From Escherichia phage BME3, in sequence record PP239276.1: a DNA stretch of 64,000 nt; one strand, written 5' to 3'. This document shows, in pieces, positions 19,118 to 29,361 of the stretch; positions within the stretch are counted from its first letter, which is position 1; every line of letters begins with the position of its first letter. Position numbers and translations under genes: made by a program. The notes below the pieces were generated by a model, which searched no databases, was not told the DNA's origin, and saw only the letters and a list, made by a program, of their open reading frames with translations.

Positions 19118-19147
19118 TTGACAAACATTATAATTATGTGTTATTAT
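19118..19147 (+). promoter_or_regulatory. sigma70-like promoter (TTGACA ... TATTAT)
   Basis: TTGACA at 19118-19123 followed 17-18 nt later by TTATTA/TATTAT. Confidence 0.4.
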
Positions 19148-19157
19148 GAGGACTTGA

Positions 19158-19556
19158 ATGACAGATAATCGTTCTAAAATCTTAGTCGAGACGTTCTATA
19201 GTAGAGAAACTAATCGTCTTGAGTTAACTAAAAAAGATGTTGAACCTCAAGATAATACCTTTTTTATTCAAATACTATGTCTCTTTGGTGGATACAACCG
19301 TTTAACAGTGAGAGTAGAAGACAAAGAGATATCTGAAACCACTATCACAAAACGTGAACTAATGCTATTACAGGACACAATACGAGATGTTTTGGATAAT
19401 CCTGGAAAAGCAAAAGTAATTAACCTTGGTGGAGAAAAGATACAAATTCTCCATTTTGAAAGTGGTGAAATAGGATTTGGTATTGGTCTTGGTAAATACC
19501 TGTTGGAAGAAACTGACGCTACTCTTTTACGAGAGTTTTGTGTTAAAGTAATGTAA
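19158..19556 (+). CDS. hypothetical protein
   Basis: 132 aa ORF. Confidence 0.5.
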   Translation: MTDNRSKILVETFYSRETNRLELTKKDVEPQDNTFFIQILCLFGGYNRLTVRVEDKEISETTITKRELMLLQDTIRDVLDNPGKAKVINLGGEKIQILHFESGEIGFGIGLGKYLLEETDATLLREFCVKVM

Positions 19557-19572
19557 TTATAGAGGAGAATTT

Positions 19573-20520
19573 ATGCCAGTAATTAATTCTGAAATCGACC
19601 GCCGTACTAAAAAAGAAGCATTCTGGGCTGAAGGTATTGTCGAATATGTCAAACTAGATAAGTTTGATGAAATGAAAGTCTCTTATATTAAGGTTGCAGG
19701 TCAACCAGATAAGAAAATTGAATCAACTCACAAAGCATCTCTGCTTATTAAAGAGAAAGGTGCTAGTGCTGATGATAAAGGTGTTTGGGTTAGCCTAGGT
19801 GAAGTTAAACTGCATCCAGAACATGAAAACCTGCAAGTTAAAGATGGTGACAAGTGGGTTACTATCGAAAAAGGTGTAGAACTAACTATGGATGTTAAAC
19901 CTTCTGAATGGAATGGCAAAACATACTACAATTCCTCTAAAGGTAAAATCACTATTCTTTCAACAGAAGGTGTTCAGCAAGCACAATCTTCTTCAAAAGG
20001 TGGAAATAAGCCATCTAATAACGAAGGTAGCAAGCCTAACTACAAAAAACGTGATACCGTAGGGATTGAAACAGGACACGCTGTAAATGGCGCTCTGGAG
20101 CTTCTACGTGCTGGTGTGAAAGGTGATGCTTTCGACTTGGCTGGTGTGGTACAATCTGCAACTGTTACTCTGAAAGCAGAAATTGCTAAAGATCGTGGTG
20201 TTGATGTGACTGATTATGATCTTGGTGCTTCAGTTGGACACGCAATTCTTAACGCTTGTCGTGATCATACAGGTAAGACTGTAACTGCAGAAGAGATTAT
20301 TGAAGCTGCTCGTGAAGTTCTTGCTTTGTCTGATAAAGTAGCTGCTGCTATCCGTGGAATGTCTACCCCAGTACAAGAAGTTAAGAAAGAAACTAAAAAA
20401 GTAGAGAAGAAAGAGCCAGCACCGAAAGAACCAGAACCTGTTGTTCAAGATTTCGATGATGATATCCCATTTGCTCCTATTGGTTTGCAGTATGGTCGAA
20501 ACTTCCTGCACTGTTTCTAA
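19573..20520 (+). CDS. putative ssDNA-binding protein
   Basis: acidic DFDDDIPF motif identical to the SSB C-terminal tail, but located 15 aa before the stop; AGAGGAGAATTT RBS. Confidence 0.45.
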   Translation: MPVINSEIDRRTKKEAFWAEGIVEYVKLDKFDEMKVSYIKVAGQPDKKIESTHKASLLIKEKGASADDKGVWVSLGEVKLHPEHENLQVKDGDKWVTIEKGVELTMDVKPSEWNGKTYYNSSKGKITILSTEGVQQAQSSSKGGNKPSNNEGSKPNYKKRDTVGIETGHAVNGALELLRAGVKGDAFDLAGVVQSATVTLKAEIAKDRGVDVTDYDLGASVGHAILNACRDHTGKTVTAEEIIEAAREVLALSDKVAAAIRGMSTPVQEVKKETKKVEKKEPAPKEPEPVVQDFDDDIPFAPIGLQYGRNFLHCF

Positions 20521-20542
20521 TAGTTAAATATTGTGTGAATAT

Positions 20543-20568
20543 AAGGAGCCTAACGGCTCCTTTTCTTT
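20543..20568 (+). terminator. rho-independent terminator
   Basis: AAGGAGCC-TAAC-GGCTCCTT hairpin then TTCTTTG. Confidence 0.65.
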
Positions 20569-20580
20569 GAAGGAGATATA

Positions 20581-21312
20581 ATGAGCGAATTTGTAAACAA
20601 CACCGCATTAAACTACCTGCAAACCCTCGAAAGCAATAGTGTAGATTTGATTCTTACTGACCCACCATATGCTATTTCTCGTGACACAAATTTTCAGTCT
20701 GGAGAGCCTACTGGAAAAGATACGGATAGATTCCGTGTATCTTACAACTTTGGTGATTGGGATGTTGTAGATATTCCTTACTTTAAAGAAGTATTCAAAG
20801 AAGCCTACAGGGTGCTTAGAAAAGGTGGTACTTGCATAGTTTGGTATGATATCTGGAAGATCCAGGAGCTACGTGAAATCCTTGAACCGCTTGGTTTTCG
20901 TATGTTCCGTACTATTGAATGGATTAAAACAAACCCTGTACCCATCAACAGTGGTGTTAACTACCTTAGTAACGCTAAAGAAATGGCTATTGTTTGTGTT
21001 AAAGGTTCTAAGCCAACCTTCAATGCTTCCTACCATAAGGGTGTGTTTGAGTATCCTATCTATCAAGGAGCAGATCGTTTTCATCCAACACAAAAACACT
21101 TGACTTTGTTTTGTGACCTTATTAATATACACACCAACGAAGGAGATGTAGTCTTAGACTTCTTCTCTGGAAGTGCAACAACACAAGTTGCGGCACTTTT
21201 AACAGGTAGAGAATACTTAGGCTGCGAAGCCGATGTAAATATTTTTAAGCAAGCGGAGGAACGACTAAATGAGTACACTGAACAGCAAAATCACCCTGAA
21301 AGCACTGATTAA
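20581..21312 (+). CDS. DNA methyltransferase (beta-class, N6-adenine or N4-cytosine)
   Basis: catalytic LILTDPPY motif near N-terminus and AdoMet motif LDFFSGSATT near C-terminus. Confidence 0.75.
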   Translation: MSEFVNNTALNYLQTLESNSVDLILTDPPYAISRDTNFQSGEPTGKDTDRFRVSYNFGDWDVVDIPYFKEVFKEAYRVLRKGGTCIVWYDIWKIQELREILEPLGFRMFRTIEWIKTNPVPINSGVNYLSNAKEMAIVCVKGSKPTFNASYHKGVFEYPIYQGADRFHPTQKHLTLFCDLINIHTNEGDVVLDFFSGSATTQVAALLTGREYLGCEADVNIFKQAEERLNEYTEQQNHPESTD

Positions 21313-21700
21313 CAATGGTATGAACCTGGACTCTGGTCTGTCTCCAAAGATTTCTATGGCACGACTGGAACAAGTTACTGGTCTTCGTCAAGTAAGTAAT
21401 GGCGGGAAGATTATTCGTGATGACGCTGTACCTTTTAATAAATTTCAGATTGAACGTCATTACGATCCTGTAACTGCAAGTCTCACTGGTGTAACTTTCT
21501 CAGGTTATCGTACTGCTGGATACCAACGTAAGGTTGTAGCTGAACGTATTAAGAGTCGCAAACAGAAAATTGCAACATTGAAGAAACTGGTAGAGAAAGA
21601 TGTTTCAGAACTTCTTAACCTGTATGAAACTCTTGAAACAAAAGGTGAAGATCATAAACTCTTTTCTAAAGAAGATGTAAGCGTAATTTTCACTGATTAA
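21269..21700 (+). CDS. hypothetical protein
   Basis: ATG at 21269 after GGAGGA RBS, overlaps end of methyltransferase. Confidence 0.5.
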   Translation: MSTLNSKITLKALINNGMNLDSGLSPKISMARLEQVTGLRQVSNGGKIIRDDAVPFNKFQIERHYDPVTASLTGVTFSGYRTAGYQRKVVAERIKSRKQKIATLKKLVEKDVSELLNLYETLETKGEDHKLFSKEDVSVIFTD

Positions 21701-21706
21701 GATAAA

Positions 21707-21737
21707 AGAAAAGGAGCCTAATGGCTCCTTTTTTATT
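21707..21737. terminator. bidirectional rho-independent terminator between convergent operons
   Basis: AAAAGGAGCC-TAAT-GGCTCCTTTT hairpin flanked by A-run and T-run, sited between the plus-strand block and the minus-strand tail fibre gene. Confidence 0.7.
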
Positions 21738-24555
21738 AGTCGTAATATTTCAAACCTGTAATAAAGACTGATCCCCAATCGTACAAGCTGGAGTAGTTTA
21801 TTGTCCAAGTAGATGCCGTACCAGAGAATACGTCACGAACAACGTCGCCGTTGGAATAGTAAACATCCACACCAGTATGTCCGTTCCTTGGTATAGTGAA
21901 GGATACTCCTCCTAAATTTCCAGGATATGTGCAGACATAAGGCGATCCAGCTTTTGATGTTTCTCCTGTAGAAGCACCTTCAAGCTGTGGCAACCAAACT
22001 GCAAGGTTACTAGTACCATCTCCAGCGAAAATCTCCGCACCAGTTGCATCCAAGGCAATTATTTCAAAACTTATGGAGGACTGTTTGGCTATCCCTGTTT
22101 TATGCAGAATAGCACGATACCAACCGTTGCCCATAGATATAATATTAGCTTCACTTCCTGTGAATGTACCTGCTGCTAAATCAAAAGTACCCTCATTAAC
22201 TTCAGTTCCTGCTTTTAATCTTAGTTTGGCCTTAGTAATCCCGTTCGCTTTCAAGAAAACAGAGGCAGACCAGTTACGTCCGGCAGATATGTTGTACGCG
22301 TTAGTATATGTCGCAGTTAAGATATGACTACCAGAGGTTGTAGTCGGAGTTAATTTGAATACATTAGCAGTGGTTCCAGCCGGAGAGTTATCAGATGAAG
22401 CTGCAACAGTTAAGTTGGTCTTTACCCACGGGCTTGCGCTTGTTAAGGCGTTGTTGACAAAAATTTGTGTAGCTGTGTTAGCTGTTACACGTCTACCTAC
22501 AGGGGTAGTGCCAACATACTCCAACGGAGCAACCAAGGTGTTAGTGGCTACAAGTGTATCTCCAGAAGCACGAGCAAAAGAGTTCCCACCATTAACCTTA
22601 ACATCTGATGGAAGAGTTTCTTGTGTCAAATCATAGTCCATCACGACAGGTTTATCTTCTACTTTTCCTGCTGTAACGCTAACATTAAAACGTACTAAAG
22701 GAGATAACACATCATTTGCTTCGTCATAATATGCAACATCAAATATCGTAGTACCTGCTGCAAAACCATATTGTTCTACTTGATCTGCATAGGTAAACGT
22801 ATAACTGTTCGTATTAAGCGTTTGTTCAGTTAATACAGATGCTGTTAAGACGTTAATATTACGGAAGTAGTGTTTACTATAACCTTGAGCATCCCATGCT
22901 AAAATTGTATCTTGATTAGACTGGGAAGTAGCTGTTGCTCCAGTTGGAACAGCCATATCAACCCAAACAGGTGATGTTGATGTTAAGTCTGTACCGTCTG
23001 CTGCTGATTTAGCAAGTTTTGTAGCTGCTGTTTGGTATACAGAAGAAATATAATGGATACGACCATCAATACCTTCTTCATAAACATAACCACTGTAGCG
23101 TTCAGCACCATCCACCCAAGAACCAATGATAACATCATCACGTGCCGTAGAGATGGCTCTTTGTACATTTCTGTATTTCTGCCAATCCACACCATTAACT
23201 TCTACACCATATAGATAAGAACGTCCTAGGATCTGCCAAACAATTTTTGCTTGAGAAGCAGGAACTATTGTACGCATCTTATCAAAGATAGCTATCGTAG
23301 CATCATGGTAACGTGTAGTGTTACTGTATCTACCTGCAACAGTCGAAGATGCTGATACAGCATCATTTTCACCTTGTCCCCAAATAATCGCTTTAACCTT
23401 ACTTGCATAAGGTGTGACTTTAGTGATAAAGTTAGTTAAGCATGGCCCATCTGCTGTATTATCCAGATCATACCAGTAGTTGTCTGGTGTACCTGTTCCA
23501 GCTTTATCATCTGCATATTTATCTGCTGCTGATGATCCAGAAGCTGTATTTAACGGGAGAACTTCAGCATTTGCTAAACCACGTTGCGTAGCATATGCAT
23601 TACGGGCTGTTGTGCTACTCATTGCTGCTTTATTTGCACCAGATAGTTCTGTAAAGTGTGCATTTACGTTATCTTGTCCAGCAAAGACAATAACTTCTTT
23701 AATGAATGAATCATCTGTAGCTATTGAGTTATTAAAGATAACGGGTGCTGCTTTGGTGCTCTTAACGCTAATTTTAAGGTATGTTGGAGCAAACCCATAA
23801 AGAGGAATAGAGTCAGAGATATCAAAGTAAGCGTAAGTATTCGTGGTTGTTGTAGTCCACTGGACACTGTTATTACTTAAATCTAATACTTCTACAGTAT
23901 AAGTATCACCATCTAGCGGATCAGCTACATCCCAAGCAACACGAATGTCTCCATAGCTGTTTGCCACGGCTGTTACATTAGAAATAACAGGAATAGCATT
24001 AACACCTAAATAAGAACTATCAGAGGCCACCACTGTTCCTTGATAAGTTGCAGTACAACCTATACGGCAACTGCCATCTTTAAGAGCAGTTATTAATCCT
24101 GTAGGGCTTACAGTAGCTACTTCTGGATCTGTTGTGGTGTACGTAATTACCATGTCTGGAAGGTCTTTAGCACCTTCTGGACTGATTGTAGCAACCAATT
24201 GTTGAGTAGTTCCTGCATCCATAGCAGACAGACTTTCAGTGTACACACTTAATTCTGAAGCATAGCCACCAGATTGATCAGTTAAGACAGCACCTAAATT
24301 ATTTTTAGCTGTCATTATTGCATCAAAACCGCCTTCAGCAACAAACTCCATCATACCATTATTATCTATAACCATTTTGGTATTATCTGAAGATGAAAAA
24401 GCTATATCAAATAACGCACCATCTTCTGGTGAAACTGTGTATGTCAGTTGCTTTTTACTACCAACTATTGCAATACCAATAGAGGAAGTGGTTATAGATG
24501 TAGCTGTTACTACTGAAGCTGATGTTGTTGACATAAATAAAGGAATAGGATACAT
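21736..24555 (-). CDS. tail fibre / host-specificity protein (large)
   Basis: 939 aa, Thr/Ser/Gly-rich beta-rich composition, last gene of structural operon. Confidence 0.5.
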   Translation of the reverse strand: MYPIPLFMSTTSASVVTATSITTSSIGIAIVGSKKQLTYTVSPEDGALFDIAFSSSDNTKMVIDNNGMMEFVAEGGFDAIMTAKNNLGAVLTDQSGGYASELSVYTESLSAMDAGTTQQLVATISPEGAKDLPDMVITYTTTDPEVATVSPTGLITALKDGSCRIGCTATYQGTVVASDSSYLGVNAIPVISNVTAVANSYGDIRVAWDVADPLDGDTYTVEVLDLSNNSVQWTTTTTNTYAYFDISDSIPLYGFAPTYLKISVKSTKAAPVIFNNSIATDDSFIKEVIVFAGQDNVNAHFTELSGANKAAMSSTTARNAYATQRGLANAEVLPLNTASGSSAADKYADDKAGTGTPDNYWYDLDNTADGPCLTNFITKVTPYASKVKAIIWGQGENDAVSASSTVAGRYSNTTRYHDATIAIFDKMRTIVPASQAKIVWQILGRSYLYGVEVNGVDWQKYRNVQRAISTARDDVIIGSWVDGAERYSGYVYEEGIDGRIHYISSVYQTAATKLAKSAADGTDLTSTSPVWVDMAVPTGATATSQSNQDTILAWDAQGYSKHYFRNINVLTASVLTEQTLNTNSYTFTYADQVEQYGFAAGTTIFDVAYYDEANDVLSPLVRFNVSVTAGKVEDKPVVMDYDLTQETLPSDVKVNGGNSFARASGDTLVATNTLVAPLEYVGTTPVGRRVTANTATQIFVNNALTSASPWVKTNLTVAASSDNSPAGTTANVFKLTPTTTSGSHILTATYTNAYNISAGRNWSASVFLKANGITKAKLRLKAGTEVNEGTFDLAAGTFTGSEANIISMGNGWYRAILHKTGIAKQSSISFEIIALDATGAEIFAGDGTSNLAVWLPQLEGASTGETSKAGSPYVCTYPGNLGGVSFTIPRNGHTGVDVYYSNGDVVRDVFSGTASTWTINYSSLYDWGSVFITGLKYYD

Positions 24556-24565
24556 TTAATCTCCT

Positions 24566-24594
24566 TAAATAATAAGCCCCCGAAGGGGCTTTGA
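24566..24594 (-). terminator. rho-independent terminator
   Basis: AGCCCC-CGAA-GGGGCT hairpin with T-run on minus strand. Confidence 0.55.
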
Positions 24595-26556
24595 TTATGT
24601 GCGTTTAGCAACAATAGCATCCACGTAATCGCCAACACCACAATATGTTAGTTGTAGTATTGTTACTCCGTTAGGATCTGTATTAATATCACTAGAACCA
24701 ATTACTTTGTAAGATGGATCTAAAGTAACAGTACGACCTCCAGTGGCATCTTGGATAAGATAAACTATTGCAGAGAATGGTTTAGGTTTTGTACTATCTT
24801 CGACACCAGGCCATGCTTTTATAGTAGCGTTACCAGTAAGATTCAACACATTCATGTTATGTGTTCCTGGAGGTGTCCAGTCTCCTGTAACAGAATTGTT
24901 GGTATATGCTGTAACCTCTATAAAATTAGTTGTTACTTTTGTTGGAACTATATCTTGACCATCTACAGAACTAGTGAGTTCTTCCCATGCTCCATCTTTA
25001 CGAGCATAAGTCTTACCATCACTAGGTGCATCTGTGATACTAGGTAGTGTACCTTGAGAAGTCCAGACAGTTGCAGATGTTTTTAAGAACACCTCGCCCG
25101 TGGAGATATTAAAGGCATAATCACCTTGTTTACCATCACTAGAGATTGGATCTGTTGTTTTAACAATCCAAGTTGCACCGTCTGTACCGTTAGTACCAGC
25201 GTCACCTTTTTCACCCTTATCACCTTTCAAACTACCCATATCTACATATTCAGCAGTTTGAGTTTGTTCATCATAGGTGTAAATGTAAAGATGACCTGTA
25301 TCTTCCGTCAGATAAGCATCACCGTAATTAGCTGTAGGGGGAAGTGCACTTGCAGACGCAACGTGTCCTTTTGCAGTGATTGGAGTACCAGCTAAACGAC
25401 CAACATTTGTCCACTCTGTGGCTCCTTGCAACCAGACCCAAAGTTCATTATTGATCAGATAACCATCACCCTCTTCTCCAGTTTGTGGTAGTTCAGAAGT
25501 GCTAGTCAGAATGTCAATAATGGTCAACCCTGCACCAGTTGGCCCCGTCAAGCCTTGTATACCCTGTTCACCTTGATCACCCTTGTCTCCCTTATCACCT
25601 TTTTCTCCTTTCAGAGAGGCAATATATTCGTCAATAGTACCAACGTTACCAGCATTTAACCAGACTTGATAAGCTGAATCACCAGTGTTACCCTTATCTC
25701 CTTTGTCGCCTTTATCTCCTTTTGGCCCCACTATAGCGCCCATATTGATCCATTCTACACCGTTTGACACGTATAGATATGTACCAATACTCCATGCTTG
25801 AGATGTGTTTCCATGAGATGCAGAAGGAAGATCTGAAACGGAATTAGCTGCGCCTTGGTAATCAAAACCATTAGCATTGTTACCTGGCACACCTTGTGGC
25901 CCCTCTGGGCCAGGCTCCCCTTTATCACCTTTAATTGAGGCAAGATAATCTAGTTCTGTACCTTGGTTTCCTGCTGCAAGCCATACTTCATAAGCAGATT
26001 TACCTTCTGGCCCCTGTGAGTTTACTTTTCTCCAAGCAGTACCATCCCAAGCATACATATTCTCGCCTACAATCCATGCATCTCCTGCATTGTTTCCAGT
26101 TGTAGGTAATTGGTTGGTATTAGATAGCGTCCCTAGTAGCTTTAATGGAGCACCTGGATCACCTTTTAAAGAAGCCAACCACTGTGTCTCAGTGCCTTGG
26201 AAACCATTGTCTACGGCAATCTGGTAAGCTGATTTACCAGCTTCTGGGATGGATTCTCTAAGATCTTCAATTTCAGCTTCAATAGCATCTAATTCTGATT
26301 CTATTTGAGCAATGTCATCTGCATTACCCACATTTTTCCAAGCTGTATCTGAAATCCCTCCAGTAGATGTAGGAGTAGAGTTAGCAGGTACAACTTTAGG
26401 TAGAGAACCTTTCCACTGATAGTAGTTACCGTCAGCTTCAAAGAGCAATGCTTCACGAGCATCTCTTAAGGTAAAACCACTTGCAAAACTTCTACGCTTT
26501 CTATAGCGAGACTCTACCATGTCTGCAATGGCACTATTTGGACGTGTTAAAATCAC
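24595..26556 (-). CDS. tail fibre protein with collagen-like Gly-X-Y repeats
   Basis: GDKGDKGDKGNTG, GEKGDKGDKGDQGEQGIQGLTGPTG and KGDKGEKGDAGTNGTDG triplet runs. Confidence 0.6.
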   Translation of the reverse strand: MILTRPNSAIADMVESRYRKRRSFASGFTLRDAREALLFEADGNYYQWKGSLPKVVPANSTPTSTGGISDTAWKNVGNADDIAQIESELDAIEAEIEDLRESIPEAGKSAYQIAVDNGFQGTETQWLASLKGDPGAPLKLLGTLSNTNQLPTTGNNAGDAWIVGENMYAWDGTAWRKVNSQGPEGKSAYEVWLAAGNQGTELDYLASIKGDKGEPGPEGPQGVPGNNANGFDYQGAANSVSDLPSASHGNTSQAWSIGTYLYVSNGVEWINMGAIVGPKGDKGDKGDKGNTGDSAYQVWLNAGNVGTIDEYIASLKGEKGDKGDKGDQGEQGIQGLTGPTGAGLTIIDILTSTSELPQTGEEGDGYLINNELWVWLQGATEWTNVGRLAGTPITAKGHVASASALPPTANYGDAYLTEDTGHLYIYTYDEQTQTAEYVDMGSLKGDKGEKGDAGTNGTDGATWIVKTTDPISSDGKQGDYAFNISTGEVFLKTSATVWTSQGTLPSITDAPSDGKTYARKDGAWEELTSSVDGQDIVPTKVTTNFIEVTAYTNNSVTGDWTPPGTHNMNVLNLTGNATIKAWPGVEDSTKPKPFSAIVYLIQDATGGRTVTLDPSYKVIGSSDINTDPNGVTILQLTYCGVGDYVDAIVAKRT

Positions 26557-26571
26557 TTTACTACTCCTTTT

Positions 26572-26596
26572 ATAAAGGGGCTTTCGCCCCTTTTAA
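26572..26596 (-). terminator. terminator-like hairpin
   Basis: AAAGGGGC-TTTCG-CCCCTTTT. Confidence 0.4.
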
Positions 26597-29011
26597 TTAA
26601 GCATTATTGACAGTAACAAAAGTAACAGGGTTCAGAGCTTTAATTTTTGTATTCTCTGCTGTAGGTGTTACAATTGGATCTGCAATATCTATTGTGTACA
26701 AACTATTTGTCACATATGTAGCACGTGCTATAGTTGTCACAAGATCGCCGCCATTTGCACCTGCACCTGGAATAACAATCTTAGTACCTGCTGCTTTAGC
26801 GTAGCCATTACTAGCCCAGTTTAAAGCATTAGACTGTAGATAGGTTTGACCTGTAACAGTTGCTTTTATTTTCTCATTATCACTAAAGAAAGCACCACCT
26901 GCTGTAACAACGTGTTTTTTACCGCTTGCACAATGAATAACTGTTCCAGTAGGGAAGTCACGCCCACCTGGGAATTCATCATAATCTGTAAAATATTGTT
27001 CAGAAATAGTGGTTAAGACTGGCCCACGATGACCTGTACCATCAACAGCAGTTGGAACACCAAAGTTATTTCCAACCTGATCGCAACGATCCGTGTAGAT
27101 TTTAGCAAAAGAAACTGTTGTTTTATCTCCGCTAAGTGCTGTACATCCTACCCACTTCATATAAGTGAATTGGCTGCGAGTATAGAAACCGCCACCACTT
27201 CCTTCTCCGCTTCCGTGTTGACCAATAAAGTCAATACTACGGCAACGAATATTATTAAAAGTAGAGCTAGATGGTAGCCCACGCCATTTAAAATCATTAC
27301 AATTGATGTTACTAACAATTGTAGAGTTTTCCCAGGCGTCTGATCCAGCCGTTGCAATCTCAATCGAAGATTCTGGAATATCCAAATTCTTAATTGTAAA
27401 GTTAATTGGTGGCCCCGCATATCTTCCACCGTTAACACCCCAGTCAATAAAGACCATGCGTGTTGAAACAGACGGATCATTAAGCAGATAACCAGTTAAA
27501 CCATCAACTTCAAAGTCTTGGCATCCGTATAATGCAACACCACAAGTAGTTAAACCTGTACCTGTTGAAACTGCTGTGTTAGGATAAACTTCGTTATCAC
27601 GTATTGTGAAGTTTTTACCCATTTCAACGTGTAGACATTGACGGCAATTGTAAACTCTATTTCCAACGATACTGAAGTTACGTACATATTGTGAATCAGG
27701 AGCATCAACACCATATGGGCCACTACCTGCTACACCAATACCAATACCCCAGTTTGCACCTTGTCCAGAAGCATCTACGTTAGCAATGTGGTTATTCTCG
27801 ATGATCAAACCTTCAGTGTAGTGTCTTTGAACTACGTTAAGTTCAATAGCATCACCTTTGATATCGTGAATGTAGTTGTTAGAGTAACGCCCATAGGTCA
27901 TTACTTCTCCAGTACCTTGTTGCAGGATCGCATATTTACAACCATACATCTCGTTGTAACTGAAGTCCAACGTACCTTCACTTGTCATTGCTTGCATTAA
28001 GAATGCTGCTGTAGATGTTGCGTTGGAGAAGATATTACGATAGAATCGGCAATCACCACCTAACATCTTAACATAACATTTTTCAAAGCGAACGTTTTCA
28101 ATCCAACAGGACACAGTAGAAATCATTGTTCCACCGTTACCAGTGAATGTACCACCATACCAACGAATACCAGACATAGCAATTGAGCTTGTGAATCTAT
28201 AATTCTTATCTGCACGTACTTGAATGTTATTCGTGTTAGCGAAAGTAATGGTTTTTAGAATTGCTTGAGTATCATCGGTAACTCCATCACCAATTGCACC
28301 AAACTGCTCAGGCGTTACAAAGTATTGAGCTTGTAACAGGTTGCCTCCAGATGGAAGACCAACCATTGCTGCACCAGTAGTAGATGACAAAAGGTTTTTC
28401 TCTACGTAAGAAGTAGAGGCTGTTGTTTTACCAATAAAAGCAAACAATTTGTTAGGTAGACCAGTAGACGGATCTAAACCTAATGGTTCTGCCAGAATAA
28501 TTTTACTATCTTTAATAGTAAATGCTTCACCCTGAATCTGAATTACACCGTTAATGGTGACAATAGCATTATCAAAGATATAAGGAGGACTGATTTCTGT
28601 TTCATATCCTGTAGCACCTTTAAAATACCAAGGATACACATCTGAAGCTAACTGTTCAGTTTTAAGAGCGTACAGAGTCCAGTTACTGTCTCCTACAGGT
28701 GTACCCTGCATAGGTACAGGGTTCGCAGTAGTGGCAGATGGGGCATAGTAGTACCCACTCAAGATACCGTTTTCAAAATAACGTAACTGGTTAAATACAG
28801 TTTCAGTTGATCCTGCTGACCAAGCAACAGGACTCTTAAAGAAGAAGTTATCAACAAGTGCTTTACGCAGTGTAGGTATTAAACCTGTTTCGGTTTCTAC
28901 AGTTGCTGTAGCATCCCCGTTAATAACATCATGCATCTGGTTAGACGAGAATATAACCAGATCAACACCTTGTTCTAGTGTCGTAGCAGGATATGTTGGA
29001 AAATTCGCCAT
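26597..29011 (-). CDS. tailspike-like protein, probable right-handed beta-helix (depolymerase candidate)
   Basis: 804 aa; repetitive N/G/T-rich segments with motifs such as NNYIHDIKGDAIELNVV typical of pectate-lyase-like beta-helices. Confidence 0.5.
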   Translation of the reverse strand: MANFPTYPATTLEQGVDLVIFSSNQMHDVINGDATATVETETGLIPTLRKALVDNFFFKSPVAWSAGSTETVFNQLRYFENGILSGYYYAPSATTANPVPMQGTPVGDSNWTLYALKTEQLASDVYPWYFKGATGYETEISPPYIFDNAIVTINGVIQIQGEAFTIKDSKIILAEPLGLDPSTGLPNKLFAFIGKTTASTSYVEKNLLSSTTGAAMVGLPSGGNLLQAQYFVTPEQFGAIGDGVTDDTQAILKTITFANTNNIQVRADKNYRFTSSIAMSGIRWYGGTFTGNGGTMISTVSCWIENVRFEKCYVKMLGGDCRFYRNIFSNATSTAAFLMQAMTSEGTLDFSYNEMYGCKYAILQQGTGEVMTYGRYSNNYIHDIKGDAIELNVVQRHYTEGLIIENNHIANVDASGQGANWGIGIGVAGSGPYGVDAPDSQYVRNFSIVGNRVYNCRQCLHVEMGKNFTIRDNEVYPNTAVSTGTGLTTCGVALYGCQDFEVDGLTGYLLNDPSVSTRMVFIDWGVNGGRYAGPPINFTIKNLDIPESSIEIATAGSDAWENSTIVSNINCNDFKWRGLPSSSTFNNIRCRSIDFIGQHGSGEGSGGGFYTRSQFTYMKWVGCTALSGDKTTVSFAKIYTDRCDQVGNNFGVPTAVDGTGHRGPVLTTISEQYFTDYDEFPGGRDFPTGTVIHCASGKKHVVTAGGAFFSDNEKIKATVTGQTYLQSNALNWASNGYAKAAGTKIVIPGAGANGGDLVTTIARATYVTNSLYTIDIADPIVTPTAENTKIKALNPVTFVTVNNA

Positions 29012-29352
29012 TAATTTTTGTCCTTACTTTGTGTGCGCTTCGTAATCTCCTCTAGCATTAATTGAACAGGAGCATTTTTTAAATCCATTATTTTTTCAAT
29101 CTTCTGTTCTAAGGCAGTATTATTTGCCATTAATGTAGAGTTGATCTGGTTAAGCATTTGCGCAAGTTCTGCTTTGGTAGCATAAGTGGATTCAACAAAC
29201 ACCAACTTCTTTTCTAGTTCGCGGTATTTGTCTTCCATTTTATCCAAATCACTTGCTATATCATCTATCTTCTGTTTGAAGACCACCCAGATTACGCCAA
29301 TAAGAGGGATAATCGCCTCTTTAGCGATATCCCATACTTCTGTTAGCTCCAT
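29011..29352 (-). CDS. hypothetical coiled-coil protein
   Basis: 113 aa, hydrophobic N-terminus then heptad-rich sequence. Confidence 0.45.
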   Translation of the reverse strand: MELTEVWDIAKEAIIPLIGVIWVVFKQKIDDIASDLDKMEDKYRELEKKLVFVESTYATKAELAQMLNQINSTLMANNTALEQKIEKIMDLKNAPVQLMLEEITKRTQSKDKN

Positions 29353-29361
29353 ACATTACCT

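Noticed and set aside
24595-26556. Short periodic DNA repeats that could suggest a CRISPR-like or tandem repeat array
   Set aside because: The periodicity is 9 nt and lies in-frame in a long ORF; it encodes Gly-X-Y collagen-like triplets, not a repeat-spacer array.
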